DNA from: a virus
DNA length: 30,061 bases
IMG/VR virus record: IMGVR_UViG_2675903378_000003
Location: 1-30,061 of that record
Strand: one strand, 5' to 3'
Shown: piece after piece, positions 17,235 through 24,375 of the stretch
Layout of the letters: every line of letters begins with the position of its first letter
How positions within the stretch are numbered: the first letter of the stretch is position 1
Position numbers and translations under genes: made by a program
Notes under the pieces: model-generated
The model's database searches: none
Seen by the model: only the letters and a program-made list of their open reading frames with translations
What the model was told of the DNA's origin: nothing

Positions 17235-17444
17235 TTATGCTGAGTAGAGATACCAAGGGTTTAAACCGTCCTTGTGCCTCCAGATGAATCGGTCAAGCTC
17301 ATGCGAACATGGCGGTTTGAAAATGCAGATATTCCCGTCGACTTTCTCGCACCAACCGATCAGCTCGCCGGCTGGCTTGGTCATGTGCTGCTCACTGGCG
17401 AAGATGCGGCAGCCCCGCATCGGCTTGAAGAACTGGTACCTCAC
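17235..17444 (-). CDS. Hypothetical small phage protein
   Basis: GTG 17444 in a GTGA overlap with the upstream stop. High GC3 from that point on. 69 aa. Confidence 0.5.
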   Translation of the reverse strand: MRYQFFKPMRGCRIFASEQHMTKPAGELIGWCEKVDGNICIFKPPCSHELDRFIWRHKDGLNPWYLYSA

Positions 17445-17647
17445 GCGTGCATCCGCACGGTGATGTAGCCGTTGCTGGCAACAACGTGGTCCCATCGGTT
17501 GAACCAGATGAGGTCGCCGAACTTCTTCATGGCGGCCTGGCGTACCTTGATCAGCACGTCATCCGGTGTCTCGTTGCCTTCCGGAAGGGCAATCCAGTCC
17601 AGGCGCTTGCCGTTGCTCAGGTGCGCATCGACATTGAATTGAGCCAT
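17441..17647 (-). CDS. Hypothetical small phage protein
   Basis: Start refined to ATG 17647 (MAQFNVDAHL...) after AAGGAG. Confidence 0.65.
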   Translation of the reverse strand: MAQFNVDAHLSNGKRLDWIALPEGNETPDDVLIKVRQAAMKKFGDLIWFNRWDHVVASNGYITVRMHA

Positions 17648-17657
17648 TTCAGTCTCC

Positions 17658-17864
17658 TTACCAGGGTTTCCCAGCGTTGATGTATGCGTTTCCTGCGAGT
17701 TGCGTGAGCGCAACTAGCTCCATCGAATCGATCTCACCGCCGTAGTACAGGCCGCGCAGCATTCCAACCGTTTCGTGGTACTCAATGCGCGCCTCGCGAT
17801 CGTCTTCCGCCTTGCGGAGGACCCGAAGTGCCTGGCGTACAGCACGTGAGGATTTTTCATTCAT
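17658..17864 (-). CDS. First well-supported gene of the PL operon; small helical protein with a basic N-terminus
   Basis: ATG 17864 after GGAGGAG. Sequence MNEKSSRAVRQALRVLRKAEDDREAR... Lies directly downstream of copy A of the hairpin element. Confidence 0.65.
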   Translation of the reverse strand: MNEKSSRAVRQALRVLRKAEDDREARIEYHETVGMLRGLYYGGEIDSMELVALTQLAGNAYINAGKPW

Positions 17865-17890
17865 TTTCTGCTCCTCCAGGGCGTGTTGAC

Positions 17891-17931
17891 TTCTTCGATG
17901 CGCCTGTCTCCAAGCGCATCTGAGAAATCGT
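17891..17931 (-). promoter_or_regulatory. Copy A of the repeated 41-nt RNA element (box + 10-bp GNRA hairpin) in the PL leader
   Basis: Minus sense ACGAUUUCUCA-GAUGCGCUUG-GAGA-CAGGCGCAUC-GAAGAA. About 215-255 nt downstream of the predicted PL start and 13 nt upstream of the first SD. Confidence 0.6.
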
Positions 17932-18153
17932 GTTGGTTCTTTCTCACAGGCCGCGGAATCTCCCCGCCTGCACTCATGTTTATTCCAGGTCTACCTTTCG
18001 GCGCTGGTCCGGATCTAAGCTGCTCCGGTCGGGTCGAGGCACGATGCGTTGACGCTGCGTCGTTTTTACCCGTGGTCACCTTTGTCCCGGTGACTCGCTA
18101 AGGGACGCCCTTTCCAGGGCCTGGCGCTGCGGTGTTCTGCGGCGTTGAGGTGA

Positions 18154-18204
18154 AATTTAGAAAACTAAACGATTAAGGTCAAGGGATTTTTTTAGAAATC
18201 TAAA
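18154..18204 (-). promoter_or_regulatory. PL-like promoter with two operators (OL)
   Basis: Minus sense TTGACC (18182-18177), 17-nt spacer, TAAATT (18159-18154). Operators are TTTAGTTTTCTAAA (18156-18169, inside the spacer) and the perfect palindrome TTTAGATTTCTAAA (18191-18204). Confidence 0.65.
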
Positions 18205-18224
18205 CTTTTGGGTTGGGCGGGCAC

Positions 18225-18249
18225 AAAAAAAGCCCGCGCTAGGCGGGCT
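18225..18249 (-). terminator. Rho-independent terminator ending the cI-lipoprotein transcript
   Basis: Minus sense AGCCCGC-CUAGC-GCGGGCU followed by UUUUUUG. Starts 22 nt after the lipoprotein stop. Confidence 0.8.
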
Positions 18250-18270
18250 CTGTCCCTCTGGTTAGGGGTG

Positions 18271-18759
18271 TTACCGTGTGAGCATCTCGCGAAGCTTCAC
18301 ACCATCAGCGATGCTCACGACCTTGGCCACTACGCCTCCTTGGGGGAGGAGTCCGTACTTCGATGGCGCTTGCCAAGTGACGGTTGAACTGAGGAAGTAG
18401 TCGCCTGGCGGGATGTCCGTGAATGTGAAGTTTCCGTTCCCATCCGCCACCGTAGTGATGGACCCCTGTCCTGATCGAGGATCTGGCGCCTCAAGCGCTT
18501 GTCCTCCTATATAGTTCACTTCGTACCACTGTTTCGAATAGGACGTAACGGGGACTAGGTAAACTGTGCTCCCTGCACCGAATTTCACATCTCCACCAAC
18601 GGTCTTCATAAAGACCTGGCCAGTCAATGTGCCAGTCCCTTTTGTCGGAAGAGCGGCAAATTCAGCAGCAGGGAATGGAATTCTCGGGACCGGCGTTTGT
18701 TGAGATACGGCACAACCTGACAGCATGATAATTATTGCTGCTATGGCGATTAAACGCAT
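18271..18759 (-). CDS. Lipoprotein with carboxypeptidase-regulatory-like beta-sandwich domain; moron downstream of cI
   Basis: ATG 18759 after AAGGAGG. Signal peptide plus lipobox MRLIAIAAIIIMLSGC. The DGNGNFTFTDIPPGDY motif is typical of CarboxypepD_reg-like domains. Clearly AT-richer than the flanking DNA. Confidence 0.8.
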   Translation of the reverse strand: MRLIAIAAIIIMLSGCAVSQQTPVPRIPFPAAEFAALPTKGTGTLTGQVFMKTVGGDVKFGAGSTVYLVPVTSYSKQWYEVNYIGGQALEAPDPRSGQGSITTVADGNGNFTFTDIPPGDYFLSSTVTWQAPSKYGLLPQGGVVAKVVSIADGVKLREMLTR

Positions 18760-18806
18760 GAAACCTCCTTGATTATCAAAAAGCCCGAGTGCCGGTCGGC
18801 ACCTGA

Positions 18807-19472
18807 CTACATCGCGCCGCCACGCCAAACGATACGACCGATAATGTCTACGCCGCGCATACCATCATCAGTGACAGGCTGGTCTGGGTATCGATTTTTG
18901 TCCTGGTTATCCGACCGAATTAGCCATCCTCCCGATATCTCACGGATAAGGCGCTTGAAGATCACCTCTTGGTCGGCATCATACAGGGCGAACATTTTCC
19001 CATTCGTCGGCTCCTTGCAGGAAACATCTATCAGGACGACCTCTCCGTCGGAGAGGGTTGGCCAGTTGCTATCTCCCTGGTTGTAGGCTGCGCGAAGATT
19101 TTCAGCCCTTAGCCCCATCCGTCGAAGCCAGTCGCGCTTAAATGCCAACCCGCCCTTGACCTCAACATGATCGTTTAGGTAGCCATTTCCTGACGAACCC
19201 TTAGCAGTGAGCTGGGGAATAAGCGCGTAGTCGGCCTCTGAAGGAGACCCTTCATGTGAGGGCAGATCCTTTTCTCCCTTCCCAGTTTCCAGCCATGAGG
19301 CGCTGCATTGAAGCACCTTGGCCAAGGCAATCAGGTTCTTCCCTCTGGCCTTGTTGGTGCCATTGGTCCAGTGGGAGAGGGTCCCCTTGGAGACCTTGAT
19401 CTCTCTGGAGATGTCCGAGGCGCTGATGCCTAAGGCATCCATGCGCTGATTGAGTCTGTCTGAAAAGTCCAT
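18807..19472 (-). CDS. cI: CI-type repressor (XRE HTH + S24 LexA-like autopeptidase domain)
   Basis: HTH segment ISASDISREIKVSKGTLSHWTNG. S24 motifs GDSNWPTL (Ser) and VIFKRL (Lys). Divergent from cro across the operator region. No SD precedes the ATG. Confidence 0.9.
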   Translation of the reverse strand: MDFSDRLNQRMDALGISASDISREIKVSKGTLSHWTNGTNKARGKNLIALAKVLQCSASWLETGKGEKDLPSHEGSPSEADYALIPQLTAKGSSGNGYLNDHVEVKGGLAFKRDWLRRMGLRAENLRAAYNQGDSNWPTLSDGEVVLIDVSCKEPTNGKMFALYDADQEVIFKRLIREISGGWLIRSDNQDKNRYPDQPVTDDGMRGVDIIGRIVWRGGAM

Positions 19473-19473
19473 G

Positions 19474-19536
19474 TTTAGGATTCTAAATCCTTGTTGGTTT
19501 AGATAACTTGCACACGGCTGTTTATTTTTCTAAACT
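19474..19536. promoter_or_regulatory. OR region: three operators with PR (plus) and PRM-like (minus) promoters
   Basis: Operators are TTTAGGATTCTAAA (19474-19487), TTTAGATAACTTGC (19498-19511, weak) and TTTATTTTTCTAAA (19521-19534), spaced 23-24 bp apart. PR is TTGCAC (19508-19513), 17 nt, TAAACT (19531-19536). On the minus strand TAGAAT (19485-19480) lies 7 nt before the cI ATG. Confidence 0.65.
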
Positions 19537-19561
19537 CCAGCAAAACCATGGAGGCAGCCGT

Positions 19562-19759
19562 ATGAATTACGAACAGGCGCTCACCCACTTCGGAACAGGG
19601 CGAGCGATTGCAAAGGCCCTAGGCGTAAGCCCTGGGCGAATTTCTCAGTGCAAATCGGAAGGTGGGTTTTCCTATCAGCATCAGTGCGTCCTGGAGAAGG
19701 CATCCTCTGGCGCGCTTCAGGCCCGTGAAGAAGACGAGCCTCAGCGGATGGCGTCTTGA
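19562..19759 (+). CDS. cro: Cro-like HTH repressor (YdaS/Cro family)
   Basis: ATG 19562 after GGAGGCAGCCGT. Sequence MNYEQALTHFGTGRAIAKALGVSPGRISQ... 65 aa. First gene of the rightward operon. Confidence 0.8.
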   Translation: MNYEQALTHFGTGRAIAKALGVSPGRISQCKSEGGFSYQHQCVLEKASSGALQAREEDEPQRMAS

Positions 19760-19761
19760 CC

Positions 19762-20073
19762 ATGACAGCCAGCCAATTAAACGCCGAGCGTGATGCAAGG
19801 GCACGGGAGTTCGAATCCCTGATCCTCAACCGACTTTTGTCGGTGGGTCAGAAGACCGTCGCTGACGCAATCGGCGTGAGCGAATCGACTGTGAGCCGCT
19901 GGAAAGAGGGCGAGATAGAGCGGTGGTGCAAGGTGCTTGCGCTGCTGGAGCTACAGGTCGTCCCGATGTCGGCTCAGTGCCATCCATCCGAGTACATCCA
20001 GGCGCTCAAGACCCTGGCCGAGCTTGGCTTGCAGGCCGAGAAGAAGCGGCCTGGACCGTTGGGGTGGGATTGA
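19762..20073 (+). CDS. cII: CII-like transcriptional activator
   Basis: LLSVGQKTVADAIGVSESTVSRWKEGEIERWCKVLALLE resembles lambda CII (TEKTAEAVGVDKSQISRWKRDWIPKFSMLLAVLE). Start is ATG 19762 (alternatively TTG 19756). Confidence 0.75.
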   Translation: MTASQLNAERDARAREFESLILNRLLSVGQKTVADAIGVSESTVSRWKEGEIERWCKVLALLELQVVPMSAQCHPSEYIQALKTLAELGLQAEKKRPGPLGWD

Positions 20074-20285
20074 TGCGAAAACACCTCACGAATACCGATT
20101 ACGCCGCAATGGCTAACGCTGCTGAAGAGCTGGCGGGTATGGGGTCGAGTGAGTGGAGGCGCAGATACAACAAAGCCCTGAGCGACTACTACAGGGCTTT
20201 GTCGGTGCGTGGATCGGTGGCAGCCGAATCACGCTTGGGGAAACAACATCAGGTGACAGGTGAATTATGCAACCTCGAACGCTGA
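20073..20285 (+). CDS. Hypothetical small phage protein
   Basis: ATG 20073 overlaps the cII stop (TGATG). 70 aa. Confidence 0.55.
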   Translation: MRKHLTNTDYAAMANAAEELAGMGSSEWRRRYNKALSDYYRALSVRGSVAAESRLGKQHQVTGELCNLER

Positions 20286-20452
20286 CTTACAACGCCTTGG
20301 AGCTTCGTCCGGCGAAGAACTCCATTGCCATCTGCCAAGGTGATCAGGTCGTGACCATCACTCTGGATCAACTCCACCAGTTCACAAGCGATCTCTGCAT
20401 TCTCGCCGCCTCCATGCGCGAAGACATGCGCAATCCGCTGGAGGACGAATAA
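20267..20452 (+). CDS. Hypothetical small phage protein
   Basis: 61-aa ORF. TAATG junction with the next gene. Confidence 0.55.
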   Translation: MQPRTLTYNALELRPAKNSIAICQGDQVVTITLDQLHQFTSDLCILAASMREDMRNPLEDE

Positions 20453-20874
20453 TGAGCGGATACGGTTTTGTTTATGTTCTGACCAGTCCTGCCATGCCTG
20501 GGTTGTATAAGGTTGGTGCGACTACTAGATCTCCGCGTCAGCGTGCTGAAGAACTATCACGCGGGACTGGTGTTCCGCATGAGTTCGAAGTGGCTTTCTA
20601 TGCTGAAGTTCAGGAGCCGTTCCTTTGGGAGCGCCGTGTCCATGCATTGCTCTCAGACAAGCGACTTTCCAGTTCCCGTGAATTCTTCTACGGCCCCCTG
20701 ATCGACATCATTAACACCATCGAGGGCGATGGCGAATGCCTGTCTTACTGGGATAGCGATCAAGCCACTGAGGCCCGTAACCCTGGGATGGTGTGGCCCG
20801 GAAAGCCGCTTTGGTTCGAGCAGAATCTGCATAGCGCCGGTTACCTGGAGCGCCTGCGGAGGAACGCACAATGA
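20452..20874 (+). CDS. T5orf172 / GIY-YIG-superfamily domain protein
   Basis: GFVYVLTSPAMPGLYKVGATTRSPRQRAEELSRGTGVPHEFEV...REFF matches the T5orf172 (MUG113-like) pattern as I recall it. Confidence 0.75.
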   Translation: MSGYGFVYVLTSPAMPGLYKVGATTRSPRQRAEELSRGTGVPHEFEVAFYAEVQEPFLWERRVHALLSDKRLSSSREFFYGPLIDIINTIEGDGECLSYWDSDQATEARNPGMVWPGKPLWFEQNLHSAGYLERLRRNAQ

Positions 20875-21719
20875 GCTTCCAAGCTATGGCGTGGGCTACT
20901 GAGCAGAAGCTCCCAACACGAGAGAAGTTCGTGTTGATCATGCTCGCCAACTATGCCGGGAATGAGCAGTGGGATTGCCACCCGAGCATAAATACCTTGG
21001 CCGATGACACCGGCATGAGTCGCGACACGGTTATTAGGGCGATAAAGGCCCTGGAAGATGCCTCTCTGGTGAAGATCGTTCGCCGCAATGTTGACGGTAT
21101 CAACCTCCCAAATATCTACCGTCTCGTTCGTGCAGGGGGTAGTAGCACTGTGCAGGGGGTAGTAGCTGTATGCGACCAGGGTAGTAGCACTGTGCAGGGA
21201 GGGGTAGTAGCTGTATGCGACTCTAACCAGTCATTAGAACCTATCATTGAACCAGTAGAGCTGCGCGCATCCGCGCCGAAAAAAGATTCCGGGTTGATCG
21301 GGCTGGATGAAATCAAATCCGAGTTTCCCGACCTGCCGGAACAGCTTGTCCGGGATTTTCTCCGCGTCCGAAGGGCGAAGAAGGCTCCGCTGACCGAAAC
21401 CTCATGGCGGCGGATCGCGAAAGTTCTTTCCGAAGCTTCCGAGAAGGGCTGCACTCCGAGTGACGCTCTCGGGTTGGCAGTTGAGCGTGGCTGGCAGGGT
21501 CTTTCGCTGCAATGGCTTTCCAATGCCGGCTTGCTGACCTCGAACGTTAAATCGATCCGCAAAGGGCTCGGCCCGGACGGCAAGTTGCTGCCGGGTTACT
21601 TCTGGCACGACGCCGATATCGACCTTCCGGTTGAGAAGCGCCGCATCCTGAGCGATGAAACCCACGACCGCGCCTCCGGGTATCGCTGGGACTACCTGCG
21701 CTCCAGGGGGCTGGCATGA
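20871..21719 (+). CDS. Replication initiator, lambda O-like (N-terminal winged-helix) containing the iterons
   Basis: The N-terminus AMAWATEQKLPTREKFVLIMLANYAGNEQWDCHPSINTLADDTGMSRDTVIRAIKALE is typical of HTH_36/O-like initiators. Four iterons lie inside the gene. ATGA-coupled to the helicase gene. Confidence 0.8.
   Translation: MSFQAMAWATEQKLPTREKFVLIMLANYAGNEQWDCHPSINTLADDTGMSRDTVIRAIKALEDASLVKIVRRNVDGINLPNIYRLVRAGGSSTVQGVVAVCDQGSSTVQGGVVAVCDSNQSLEPIIEPVELRASAPKKDSGLIGLDEIKSEFPDLPEQLVRDFLRVRRAKKAPLTETSWRRIAKVLSEASEKGCTPSDALGLAVERGWQGLSLQWLSNAGLLTSNVKSIRKGLGPDGKLLPGYFWHDADIDLPVEKRRILSDETHDRASGYRWDYLRSRGLA
21135..21221 (+). repeat. Origin iterons: two ~43-bp direct repeats giving four GGTAGTAGC cores
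   Basis: Cores at 21138, 21158, 21180 and 21203 (spacing 20-23 bp). Followed by an AT-rich stretch at 21222-21260 (tctaaccagtcattagaacctatcattgaacc). Confidence 0.75.
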
Positions 21720-23545
21720 CTCCCTCGCAGATCGCCCAGCGCCTCGCAGATCGCGTGATTGACGTTGCTCACCACCTGCTGCCCGGTGGCAAGCGTGAGG
21801 GCTCGGAGTGGCGCGTAGGCAGCGTGAACGGCGAGAAGGGCCAGAGCCTGGGGGTTCACCTCAAGGGCGATAAGGCTGGTGTCTGGTGCGATTTCTCGAC
21901 CGGTGAAACCGGCGACTTGCTGGACCTGTGGCGTGCAGTTCGCAGTTGTGACATGGGCACTGCACTCACCGAGGCGAAATCCTACCTGGGGATCACCGAG
22001 CCCAAGCTCGAAGCGCCGTCGAGGAAGGCCTACGTCCGCCCTGATCGCCCGAAGTGCAAGGCGCCTGGCGATGAGTCTCCGGTCATGGCTTACCTCGCTG
22101 GCCGTGGGCTAAAGCCGGAAACTATCGCGGCGTTCAAGATCGGCGAGAAGGGCCGCGACATCGTGTTTCCGTTTCTGCGCGACGGCACCCTGATCCACTG
22201 GAAAACGCTGTGCATCGACCGCGAGAACGGCAAGAAGAAAATCTTTGCCTCGAAGGATTCGGAGCCGTGCCTCTTCGGCTGGCAGGCGATTCCGGAAGGC
22301 GCCCGAGAGGTGACCATCACCGAAGGCGAGATCGATGCCATGACCGCCTGGCAGTACGGTCGTCCGGCGTTGTCGGTGCCATTTGGGGGCGGCAAGGGCG
22401 AGAAGCAGGCGTGGATCGAGCACGAATACTCGCGGCTCTCCCGGTTCGACGTGATCTACCTCGCCATGGACAACGACGAGGCTGGGAAGCAGGCGACCGA
22501 GGAACTGATCAAGCGTCTGGGGCGTGAGCGCTGTCGCATCCTGGACCTGGGCTGCAAGGACTTCAACGAAGCCCTGGACGCCCTGTTCTACACACGAGAC
22601 GACATTGACGACTGCTACGCCAAGGCCAAGACCCTTGATCCGGAGAAGCTGGTAGGAGCCGAAACCTTCGCCGATGACGTTTGTGCTGAGTTCTTTGAGC
22701 GCAACCCGGTGGTAATGGGGATGGCGACCCCGTGGGAGAAGTCTCACGACACCATTCGGTTCCGCGACAGCGAGGTCACTATCTGGACCGGCTGGAGTGG
22801 TCACGGGAAATCCCAGCTCCTGAACTACCTCGCCTTCCACGGCATGCGCCAGGGCGAAAAGTTCTGTATCGCCTCAATGGAGATGCCGGCCAAGCGCACC
22901 CTGCAACGCATGGTTCGCCAGGCGGCGGGACTGAACCTTCCGTCTCGCGGATACATCCACGCGATCCTGGAGTTTCTAGGAGGTCGGCTGTGGATCTACA
23001 ACCAGATGGGTTCCGCCAATACCGCCGAGATGATCGACACCTTCCGCTATGCCGCACGGCGGTACGGGGTGAAACAGTTCGTCGTTGACAGCTTGGCGAA
23101 GCTTGGCATGGCTGAGGATGACTACAACGGCCAGAAACAGGCCATGGAAGCCATCGTTGGCTTTGCCCACGAAATGGGCGTCCACGTCCATTTGGTCGCC
23201 CACCCGAGAAAGGCTGACGACGAAACAAAGCTTCCAGGAAAGCTCGACGTTCGTGGTGGCGCAATCCTTACCGACCTGGCCGACAACGTGATCACCGTTT
23301 GGCGCAACAAGAAGAAAGAAGTCGCCATGAAGGACGGTAGCGAAGAGGACCGCGCGTACTACGCATCCCATTCCGACGTGAAGATGGTCATCACCAAGCA
23401 GCGCCTGACGGGCGTCGAGGAAACCATCCCGCTCTGGTTTGACCCCGCGTCCGCTCAGTACATGGAGCGCGAAGGCCACAAGCCGCGCCAGTGGATTGAG
23501 TACTCCGGAATCCCACAACAACAAGCCGATCAGGAGGCCGCATGA
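21716..23545 (+). CDS. Bifunctional primase-helicase (Toprim + DnaB/RecA-like C-terminal helicase)
   Basis: 609 aa. Toprim-like segments ITEGEIDAMTAWQYG and DNDEAGKQA. Walker A is GWSGHGKSQ. Walker B-like segment QFVVDSLAKL. Confidence 0.9.
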   Translation: MTPSQIAQRLADRVIDVAHHLLPGGKREGSEWRVGSVNGEKGQSLGVHLKGDKAGVWCDFSTGETGDLLDLWRAVRSCDMGTALTEAKSYLGITEPKLEAPSRKAYVRPDRPKCKAPGDESPVMAYLAGRGLKPETIAAFKIGEKGRDIVFPFLRDGTLIHWKTLCIDRENGKKKIFASKDSEPCLFGWQAIPEGAREVTITEGEIDAMTAWQYGRPALSVPFGGGKGEKQAWIEHEYSRLSRFDVIYLAMDNDEAGKQATEELIKRLGRERCRILDLGCKDFNEALDALFYTRDDIDDCYAKAKTLDPEKLVGAETFADDVCAEFFERNPVVMGMATPWEKSHDTIRFRDSEVTIWTGWSGHGKSQLLNYLAFHGMRQGEKFCIASMEMPAKRTLQRMVRQAAGLNLPSRGYIHAILEFLGGRLWIYNQMGSANTAEMIDTFRYAARRYGVKQFVVDSLAKLGMAEDDYNGQKQAMEAIVGFAHEMGVHVHLVAHPRKADDETKLPGKLDVRGGAILTDLADNVITVWRNKKKEVAMKDGSEEDRAYYASHSDVKMVITKQRLTGVEETIPLWFDPASAQYMEREGHKPRQWIEYSGIPQQQADQEAA

Positions 23546-23664
23546 AGCGCTGCTGGAAGGTAGTTCTGCCGGGCCGCCCGGCGTTCACGATGATTCTGAT
23601 GGAGGACTGCGACCCGGTAGAGGTCGTGAAGAGCATTTGGCCTGAAGGGAGGATCGAGCAGTGA
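23542..23664 (+). CDS. Small hypothetical protein (40 aa), hand-called
   Basis: ATG 23542 after CAGGAGG. ATGA overlap with the helicase stop. Sequence MKRCWKVVLPGRPAFTMILMEDCDPVEVVKSIWPEGRIEQ. Confidence 0.45.
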   Translation: MKRCWKVVLPGRPAFTMILMEDCDPVEVVKSIWPEGRIEQ

Positions 23665-23687
23665 CGCCCGCAAAACAGGAGTCTCTC

Positions 23688-24170
23688 ATGCAGGGACAGA
23701 CCGGCATCGCGAAGAAGGTCTACGAGTGCGTACCGATCTCTGAGTCCTGGCGTTCGTTCCAAGTGCTCACTGCGCTCCGCAACATGACCGGAAGCACGCC
23801 GGACGTTCGGATTGTCCAGGGCTGTCTGCGCGATCTGGTCGATTCCGGACTGATCCGCCGCACTGGTACTGACCACTACCAACGAATCCAAGTCGAGAAA
23901 AAGACCAAGCCTCAGGAGCCGAAGATGGGCGAGCCCGCGAAGAAGATCGAAACCCAGTCCGAGCCGAAGCGCTCCGCCTCCCCGCTGGAGATGTTGGGCG
24001 AACTGGCAAACGAGCTCGCCGGCATGGCCGAACACATGAAGCGCCTGTCTGATCGCATCGAGGACGTCGCGCTGGCAGTTGAGCAGGAACGCGAATCGAA
24101 CGCCAAGTCGATGGAAAGCTATCGCCAGCTCAAGGCACTACTGAAGAGCCTGCAAGGGGAGGGTGAGTGA
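23688..24170 (+). CDS. Hypothetical protein, winged-helix-like N-terminus, coiled-coil C-terminus
   Basis: ATG 23688 after ACAGGAG (an alternative GTG at 23661 overlaps the previous stop). Confidence 0.6.
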   Translation: MQGQTGIAKKVYECVPISESWRSFQVLTALRNMTGSTPDVRIVQGCLRDLVDSGLIRRTGTDHYQRIQVEKKTKPQEPKMGEPAKKIETQSEPKRSASPLEMLGELANELAGMAEHMKRLSDRIEDVALAVEQERESNAKSMESYRQLKALLKSLQGEGE

Positions 24171-24171
24171 C

Positions 24172-24375
24172 ATGGATATCGTAGACATCGCCAACGACTA
24201 CGCCGAGCGTGAACTCGCTGAACGCCTGTACTCCCGAGTCAAGTACGTCGGCGAGAGCCTGTCCGAATGTGAAGACTGCGGCGAGGAGATTCCTGTGGCG
24301 CGGCGCTCGATCGTTCCTGGGGTTCGGAAGTGCCTTTCTTGCCAGGAATACTTGGAGGCAATCAATGGACGCTGA
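24172..24375 (+). CDS. TraR/DksA-family C4 zinc-finger protein
   Basis: CEDCGEEIPVARRSIVPGVRKCLSCQE. ATG 24172 after GGGGAGGG. Confidence 0.8.
   Translation: MDIVDIANDYAERELAERLYSRVKYVGESLSECEDCGEEIPVARRSIVPGVRKCLSCQEYLEAINGR

Noticed and set aside
17861-18079. 72-aa Arg-rich ORF in the PL leader as a lambda N-like antiterminator
   Set aside because: It has a GTG start with only a weak SD, about 56 percent GC3, and several rare codons (AGA x3, AGG x2, ATA, CGA). The conserved hairpin element crosses its 3' part, and in copy B the same element sits in a different frame, so conservation is at RNA level. I keep it only as a remote possibility.
19805-19819. tRNA T-arm-like sequence GGGAGTTCGAATCCC (possible tRNA or att fragment)
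   Set aside because: No matching acceptor, D or anticodon arms lie around it. It is in frame within cII (REFES) and is most simply a coding coincidence.
21135-21221. Direct repeats as a CRISPR-like array
   Set aside because: There are only two long units (four short cores). They lie inside a coding gene in frame, and no cas genes are present. The features fit replication iterons.
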